Below are positions 35,706 through 40,640 of a DNA stretch of 40,640 bases, one piece after another. Location: assembly GCA_035273125.1 (NCBI GenBank), contig DATEPQ010000037.1, forward strand, positions 1-40,640, written 5' to 3'. A program made the position numbers and the translations under genes. The stretch comes from Gaiellaceae bacterium. GTDB lineage: Bacteria; Actinomycetota; Thermoleophilia; Gaiellales; Gaiellaceae. Every line of letters starts with the position of its first letter. Position 1 is the stretch's first letter. The notes below the pieces were generated by a model. The model did not search any database. It had not been told where the DNA came from and saw nothing but the letters and a program-made list of their open reading frames with translations.

Positions 35706-36797
35706 TTACGCCTCCGCTTCGGCCGCCGCGAGGGCCTCCGCCGCAACCTCTGCTTTGCCGTTGCCCGTGGCGGACTCCTCGGTGGCAACCGGCAGCAGCC
35801 GCGCGGATGCGACCTGGTCGGCGCCGATCTCCACCTGGATCGCCTGCAGGATCTGCTGGGTCACGTCGGGGTGCTCGCGCAGGAAGGCAGTGGCGTTCTG
35901 GCGGCCCTGGCCGAGCCGCTCGTCGCCGAAGCTGAAGTACGAGCCCGACTTCGTGAGGACCTTGCGATCGATCGCCGAGTCGAGCACCGTGCCTTCCCAC
36001 GAGATGCCGGAGCCGTAGATGATGTCGAACTCCGCCTGCTTGAACGGCGGCGCGACCTTGTTCTTCACGACCTTGACGCGGACGCGGTTCCCGAACGCCT
36101 CGACGCCCTCCTTGAGCGTCTCGATGCGGCGGATGTCGAGTCGCACGGACGAGTAGAACTTCAGCGCGCGGCCTCCCGGCGTCGTCTCGGGGTTCCCGAA
36201 CATGACGCCGATCTTCTCGCGCAGCTGGTTCGTGAAGATGCAGATCGTGTCGGTGCGGTTGAGGGTGCCGGCGAGCTTGCGGAGCGCCTGGCTCATGAGC
36301 CGAGCCTGCAGGCCGACGTGGGAGTCGCCCATCTCTCCCTCGATCTCGGCCTTCGGCGTGAGCGCCGCGACCGAATCGACCGCGACGACGTCGAGCGCGC
36401 CGGAGCGGATGAGGAGCTCGGCGATCTCGAGCGCCTGCTCGCCCGTGTCGGGCTGCGAGACCAGGAGGTTGTCGATGTCGACGCCGATCCGCTTCGCGTA
36501 CGTCGGGTCCATCGCGTGCTCCGCGTCGATGAAGGCGCAGATGCCGCCGCGCCGCTGCGCCTCGGCGATCACGTGATAGACGAGCGTCGTCTTGCCCGAG
36601 GACTCCGGGCCGAAGATCTCGACGATGCGCCCCCGGGGCAGCCCGCCGATCCCGAGTGCGAGGTCGAGCGCGAGCGAGCCCGTGGAGACGGCTCCGACCG
36701 AGACCGCAGCCCGGTCGCTCATCTTCATGACGGATCCCTTGCCGAACTGCCGCTCGATCTGGCCGAGCGCCACGTCGAGTGCTTCGTGCTTGTCCAC
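35706..36797 (-). CDS. recA: Recombinase RecA
   Basis: [54 protein letters not shown] start with GGAGG 6 nt upstream. Confidence 0.95.
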   Translation of the reverse strand: MDKHEALDVALGQIERQFGKGSVMKMSDRAAVSVGAVSTGSLALDLALGIGGLPRGRIVEIFGPESSGKTTLVYHVIAEAQRRGGICAFIDAEHAMDPTYAKRIGVDIDNLLVSQPDTGEQALEIAELLIRSGALDVVAVDSVAALTPKAEIEGEMGDSHVGLQARLMSQALRKLAGTLNRTDTICIFTNQLREKIGVMFGNPETTPGGRALKFYSSVRLDIRRIETLKEGVEAFGNRVRVKVVKNKVAPPFKQAEFDIIYGSGISWEGTVLDSAIDRKVLTKSGSYFSFGDERLGQGRQNATAFLREHPDVTQQILQAIQVEIGADQVASARLLPVATEESATGNGKAEVAAEALAAAEAEA

Positions 36798-36798
36798 C

Positions 36799-37350
36799 TC
36801 AGCCTCCTAGAGCGACAGATTCCAAGACTTCGTACCGCGCCCCGTCGGGGTGCAGCCGGGATAGGTAAGCAGCCGCGTCGGACGGAACAAACGTTCCCGT
36901 CGACGGCGGCTCGAGCCGCAGCCGCGGCCGTTCCCGCCAGCGCGCGACCGTGAGATGCGGGAGCCAGGGTCGGCCTTCGCGGCGATGGACGCCGAGGCGT
37001 TCCAGCCGCTCCTGCACGTCCCCGGACAGCAGCGCCGCATGCCCGTTGCCGTCCTCGAGGACGAGCATGCCGACGCTCCGTGTCTCGCGATAGCGGCTCG
37101 GGGTGAGCCGGATCTCACCCGCGCCGGCCGCGGCGTCGCGCAACGCCCCGACGATGGAGTCGAGCTCCCCGGGGGGCCGGTGCCCGAGGAACGCGAGCGT
37201 GACGTGCAGGTGCTCGCGCGGGGCGAGGCGAACGCCGGTGAGGTTGGTCCGCTGCCACCGCTCGACGTCGTCGAGCACGGCGGCGGGCAGGCGCAGCGCG
37301 AGAAAGAGCCGGAGCCGTTCATCGCCGCTCACGCTAGCGGCCGGAGTCAT
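36799..37350 (-). CDS. thpR: RNA 2',3'-cyclic phosphodiesterase (2H phosphoesterase, ThpR/LigT)
   Basis: Two H-x-T-x motifs: HVTLAFLG and PHLTVAR. The start overlaps the cinA stop (ATGA). Confidence 0.8.
   Translation of the reverse strand: MTPAASVSGDERLRLFLALRLPAAVLDDVERWQRTNLTGVRLAPREHLHVTLAFLGHRPPGELDSIVGALRDAAAGAGEIRLTPSRYRETRSVGMLVLEDGNGHAALLSGDVQERLERLGVHRREGRPWLPHLTVARWRERPRLRLEPPSTGTFVPSDAAAYLSRLHPDGARYEVLESVALGG
36884..36897 (-). promoter_or_regulatory. Candidate LexA (SOS/Cheo) box for recA
   Basis: GGAAC-AAAC-GTTCC is a perfect GAAC-N4-GTTC palindrome. It lies about 90-100 nt upstream of the recA GTG, inside the thpR 3' coding region. It was the only GAAC-N4-GTTC I found when scanning the window by eye. 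Confidence 0.5.
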
Positions 37351-38624
37351 GCAGATTCGTTGCGACTTCCCGTCAGAAGCGCACGCAGGAGATGGAGTGC
37401 CGTGACGGTCGCGCGTACGCGGATCTGCCGCCGCTCCCCCGGCAGGTCGAGCATGCGGGCCAGCGAGCCGTCCGGACCCGCGGCATGGATATAGACGCGC
37501 CCTACGGGCTTCTCGGGCGTCCCGCCCTCGGGCCCGGCTATGCCGGTCACCGAGACCGCCACGTCCGCGCCGAGCCGCCGCCGTGCCCCCTCCGCCATCG
37601 CGGCCGCCACTTCCTCCGACACGGCGCCGTGCTCGGCGAGCAGCTCCTCGGGCACGCCGAGCTCGGAGCGCTTCACCTCGTCCGCGTACGCGACGACGCC
37701 GCCCACGAAGCTCGCGCTCGACCCCGGCACGTCGGTGAGCCGCGTCGCGACCATGCCACCGGTACAGGATTCGGCGGTCGCGAGTCGCAGCCCCCGCGCG
37801 CCCGCGAGCGAGAGGACGAGCTCCTCGACCGGCCGCTCGTCGCGCGCGAACAGCCACTGGTCGAGCCGCTCCGCGAGCGCTTCCTCGAGCTCGTTCGCGC
37901 GCCCCTCCGCGCCCGGCTCCAGCACGAGATCCACGTGGATCTCGAACTCCCGTGCGCAGATCGTCGCCTCGACCCCGTCCCCGTCACCGCCGGCCTCCTC
38001 GAACGCGCGAGCGACGGCCGACTCGCTCACGCCGAAGAGCCGGAGGACGCGACGTCCCGGTGCCCGGGTTCTCGCCAGCAACTCCCGCATGGGCTCGCTC
38101 GCGAGCGCATTCGGCCACAGGCGACGCAGCTCTCCCGGCGGGCCGGGCAGGACGACGACGACGCAACCCGTCGGCGCCTGCAACACGAGCCCGGGAGCCG
38201 TGCCCGCGAGGCCGATGGAGACCGCCGAGGAAGGCCGCGTCGCCTGCTTCGTCACGCCGGGCGCGAAATCCGCGTACGGCCGCCGCAGCCGCTCCGCCAC
38301 GTTGCGCGAGATCTCCTCGATCTCGCGCTCGAGCGCCCGGTCCACCACGAGCTCAAGCCCCGCTGCACGGGCGACGAGCTCGACGGTGCGGTCGTCGTGG
38401 GTCGGACCGAGACCGCCGGAGACGAGGCAGGCGTCGGCCTCGAGCCCCTCCCGCAGGACCGCCTCGAGCTCGGCAGGTGCGTCTCCGACGATCGTGATCC
38501 GGGCCGGCTCGAGCCCGTGGCTCAGGGCCTCGGCCGCGAGAAAGGGCCCGTTCCGGTCGGTGCGCTCGCCGCGGACGAGCTCACTGCCGGTGACGACGAC
38601 GACCGCGCGCGGCCGCTCGCTCAC
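37347..38624 (-). CDS. cinA: Competence/damage-inducible protein CinA (MoCF-binding domain + PncC-type NMN amidohydrolase domain)
   Basis: VVVTGSELVRGERTDRNG, SGGLGPTHDD, and the C-terminal TAESCTGG..YADEVK..LGV PncC motifs. Confidence 0.9.
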   Translation of the reverse strand: MSERPRAVVVVTGSELVRGERTDRNGPFLAAEALSHGLEPARITIVGDAPAELEAVLREGLEADACLVSGGLGPTHDDRTVELVARAAGLELVVDRALEREIEEISRNVAERLRRPYADFAPGVTKQATRPSSAVSIGLAGTAPGLVLQAPTGCVVVVLPGPPGELRRLWPNALASEPMRELLARTRAPGRRVLRLFGVSESAVARAFEEAGGDGDGVEATICAREFEIHVDLVLEPGAEGRANELEEALAERLDQWLFARDERPVEELVLSLAGARGLRLATAESCTGGMVATRLTDVPGSSASFVGGVVAYADEVKRSELGVPEELLAEHGAVSEEVAAAMAEGARRRLGADVAVSVTGIAGPEGGTPEKPVGRVYIHAAGPDGSLARMLDLPGERRQIRVRATVTALHLLRALLTGSRNESA

Positions 38625-39316
38625 CTGCTGAGGCGAATCGTCCGCCGCGGCGTGACGAGGATGCTGAGGTTGTGCTCCGCCGGCAACGAGACCGCGCGGC
38701 CGCCGAGCGTGACGCGGATGCCGGCCGGCGAGCGGACGAGCAGGTAGAAGCGGCTGCCCGGTAGCCGGTCGGTCTGTCCCGCCTCCACCGTTCCCTGCAG
38801 GTCGACCTTGCCCGACGCCCGGCTGCGGCGGACCTCGACGTACGTCCCGCGCCCTACGCCCCGCAGGACGAGCTCGGGAGGAGGCGCGGTCCTGTGCTGC
38901 TTCTTCGTTCCCACCCCGGGCACCTTCGTGGACGACCCGGGGAGCCGGAACGCCGCGAAGACGAGGCCGGCCACGAGCACGATCCCCGCGAGCACGAGGA
39001 GAACAGCGCGGCGCTCGAGGTGGCGTTCGGGCGTGCGGATCCTTCGCCTCTCGGGTCGCGCGGGCAGCTCGTCCCGCCAGCTCGTGATGAAGCGCGATGC
39101 GTACTCGTCGACGTAGACGTCGCCGTCGAGCCCGAGGTACTCCGCGTAGGTGCGGAGGAAGCCGCGGATGTAGGCGTCGCCGGGGATGGACGTGAAGTCC
39201 TCCTCCTCGAGCGCCCGGATGTACTTCGCGCGGATCTTGGTGGCGAGCTCGATCTCGGGATAGCCGAGCCCCTGCCGCTCGCGCGCTTCGCGCAGGCTGT
39301 TGCCGATCTCGAACAC
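38621..39316 (-). CDS. rodZ: RodZ-like protein (XRE HTH + TM + DUF4115-like C-terminal domain)
   Basis: IGNSLREARERQGLGYPEIELATKIRAKYIRALEEEDF..PGDAYIRGFLRTYAEYLGLD. One TM (AVLLVLAGIVLVAGLVFAAF), then a beta-rich C-terminus. Confidence 0.7.
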   Translation of the reverse strand: MFEIGNSLREARERQGLGYPEIELATKIRAKYIRALEEEDFTSIPGDAYIRGFLRTYAEYLGLDGDVYVDEYASRFITSWRDELPARPERRRIRTPERHLERRAVLLVLAGIVLVAGLVFAAFRLPGSSTKVPGVGTKKQHRTAPPPELVLRGVGRGTYVEVRRSRASGKVDLQGTVEAGQTDRLPGSRFYLLVRSPAGIRVTLGGRAVSLPAEHNLSILVTPRRTIRLSR

Positions 39317-39335
39317 AGCGGGAGTCTAGGGCCCT

Positions 39336-39698
39336 TTAGTGCTCGAGGCGAAGAAGCAGCTCGTACAGCCCCACCGCGATCGACGCGGAAAGCGTGACGC
39401 AGATCCCCGCCACGGCGAGGATGCGGCCGAGCCTGATGCAGCCCTCGCCGCCGACCGGTTGGAGCGTGCGTGCGATCGTGCCGCGCGCGCCGCGGGCGAA
39501 CAGGAGCGAGAGAGTCGCGGCAACGGCGGCAACGGGGATCGCCCACACGGCGTCGAGGAGCTCCGCGCCCGGGACCTTCCGCGTGAGCTCGATCGCCACC
39601 GGGATCACCGCCGCGGACACGAGGCCCAACAGGAAGGCGAGCCAGGCGCGAAAATTGATCCGTTGAGGCTGCGAGAGCGTCTGGGTGCGAGCTGCCAC
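39336..39698 (-). CDS. Hypothetical 4-TM membrane protein
   Basis: GTG 39698 overlaps the nrtR stop (TAGTG). 120 aa, hydrophobic (WLAFLLGLVSAAVIPVAI, AIPVAAVAATLSLLF, ILAVAGICVTLSASIAVGL). Confidence 0.5.
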   Translation of the reverse strand: MAARTQTLSQPQRINFRAWLAFLLGLVSAAVIPVAIELTRKVPGAELLDAVWAIPVAAVAATLSLLFARGARGTIARTLQPVGGEGCIRLGRILAVAGICVTLSASIAVGLYELLLRLEH

Positions 39699-40396
39699 TA
39701 GTGAGCCATTGTAGGCGGCCGGAGGACGGCGAACTGATCCGTGATCTCCAGCCGGTCGGTGCGAAAACGATAGATCGTGGCGGGACGCCCGCCGCCGGCA
39801 CCGTAGCGCCGCCGCTCTCCTGTGTCCTCGAGGAGCCGCCGCCGCAACAGGACGCGCTGCAGGTTGGTGGCGCTCACGGTGTGGCCGAGCGCGGCGGCGT
39901 ACAGGTCGCGCAGCTCGGCGAGCGTGAAGCTCGGCGGCGCGAGCGCGAAGCCGAGATTCGTGTACGAGAGCTTGCCGCGGAGGCGCTCGCGGGCGCTGAG
40001 GAGGATCTCCTCGTGGTCGTACGCCAGCTCGGGCAGCTCGTCGACGGAATGCCACCGCGTGTCCTCCGGCACGTCCGGGTCCACCCCGCTCGGCACCAGC
40101 CCGAGAAACGCGGTCGCGAGCTCGCGTCTCGTGGGGTTGCGCAACGGGTCACTGCGCGTCTCGAGCTGCTCGAGATGCGCCACCTCCCGCAGGTCGACCT
40201 TCTCCGCCAGATGCCGCCGCATCGACTCCTCGAGCGTCTCGTCGGCGGCCAGCGCTCCTCCGGGCAGCGCCCAGTAACCGGCGAACGGCTCGCGCGCGCG
40301 TTGCCAGAGCAGCGCTTGCAGTCGCGCCTCGCGCACCTGGAGCACTGCCGCGAGCACGGCATGGGCCGAAGTTTTCGCCTGAGAGTCGTCAACCAT
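39698..40396 (-). CDS. nrtR: NrtR-type regulator (degenerate Nudix domain + C-terminal winged helix)
   Basis: Degenerate Nudix box GGALAADETLEESMRRHLAEKVDL (RE->RH, EE->EK). C-terminal wHTH (FTLAELRDLYAAALGHTVSATNLQRVLLRR). Divergent from nadB. Confidence 0.7.
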   Translation of the reverse strand: MVDDSQAKTSAHAVLAAVLQVREARLQALLWQRAREPFAGYWALPGGALAADETLEESMRRHLAEKVDLREVAHLEQLETRSDPLRNPTRRELATAFLGLVPSGVDPDVPEDTRWHSVDELPELAYDHEEILLSARERLRGKLSYTNLGFALAPPSFTLAELRDLYAAALGHTVSATNLQRVLLRRRLLEDTGERRRYGAGGGRPATIYRFRTDRLEITDQFAVLRPPTMAH

Positions 40397-40423
40397 GTAT
40401 AGTCGGGTCCGAGGTTATCGATT

Positions 40424-40640
40424 GTGAGGCAAAAACGCCAGGTATCCGACGTGGTCGTCGCCGGAGCCGGGGTCGCCGGCCTCTCCGCCGCCCTCGCGGC
40501 GGCCGACGGCGGCGCCTCGGTCCTGGTACTTGCGAAGGCCTCCCACACGAGCTCCAACAGCTACGCGGCCCAGGGCGGCGTGGCCGCGGCGGTCGGCCGC
40601 GGCGACGACCCGGCGCTCCACGCCGCCGACACGCTCGTCG
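40424..40640 (+). CDS. nadB: L-aspartate oxidase, 5' fragment (runs off the window)
   Basis: My translation from GTG 40424: VRQKRQVSDVVVAGAGVAGLSAALAAADGGASVLVLAKASHTSSNSYAAQGGVAAAVGRGDDPALHAADTLV. This is the FAD GxGxxG plus the SNSxxAQGG motif. Confidence 0.8.
   Translation, partial: MRQKRQVSDVVVAGAGVAGLSAALAAADGGASVLVLAKASHTSSNSYAAQGGVAAAVGRGDDPALHAADTLV

Overview
Very GC-rich, tightly packed chromosomal segment. The GC content was judged by eye, not computed. Many genes overlap by 1-4 nt and there are almost no terminators. The gene content looks like an Actinomycetota-type genome. I support about 50 protein genes, one tRNA-Pro(GGG), and no rRNA, CRISPR array, transposase or integrase.

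Gene content, left to right:
- Two ECF sigma/anti-sigma modules.
- A small lower-GC patch after tRNA-Pro.
- pgsA, then a ManC-PMM fusion.
- A translationally coupled module: small coiled-coil protein, FHA protein, MerR regulator, apt.
- A patch of hypothetical and membrane genes.
- Two convergent sigma-70 genes.
- murT-gatD.
- hflX-dut-nudix followed by a compact OLD-family nuclease.
- dapE-dapC-dapD.
- An ArsR-regulated NirK-like copper oxidase with a DoxX protein.
- A long minus-strand run: nrtR-membrane-rodZ-cinA-thpR-recA-recX-rny-cupin-miaB-miaA-dapF.
- The 5' end of nadB.

The rodZ-cinA-recA-rny order resembles Bacillus. I infer a deep-branching high-GC lineage such as Thermoleophilia or Rubrobacteria.

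I see no clear multi-gene novel system. The most interesting items are:
1. A DapF homologue with both catalytic Cys replaced by Ser.
2. An 80-aa protein with a single RsiG-type c-di-GMP-binding helix motif, coupled to the FHA and MerR genes.
3. An unusually small (396 aa) ATPase-Toprim OLD nuclease at the end of the hflX-dut-nudix operon.
4. A perfect GAAC-N4-GTTC SOS box for recA buried inside thpR.
5. Several homopolymer-adjacent frame or start-codon anomalies. These could be assembly indels or non-canonical initiation.

All calls come from reading translations and motifs by eye. No searches were run. Start codons are the least certain part.
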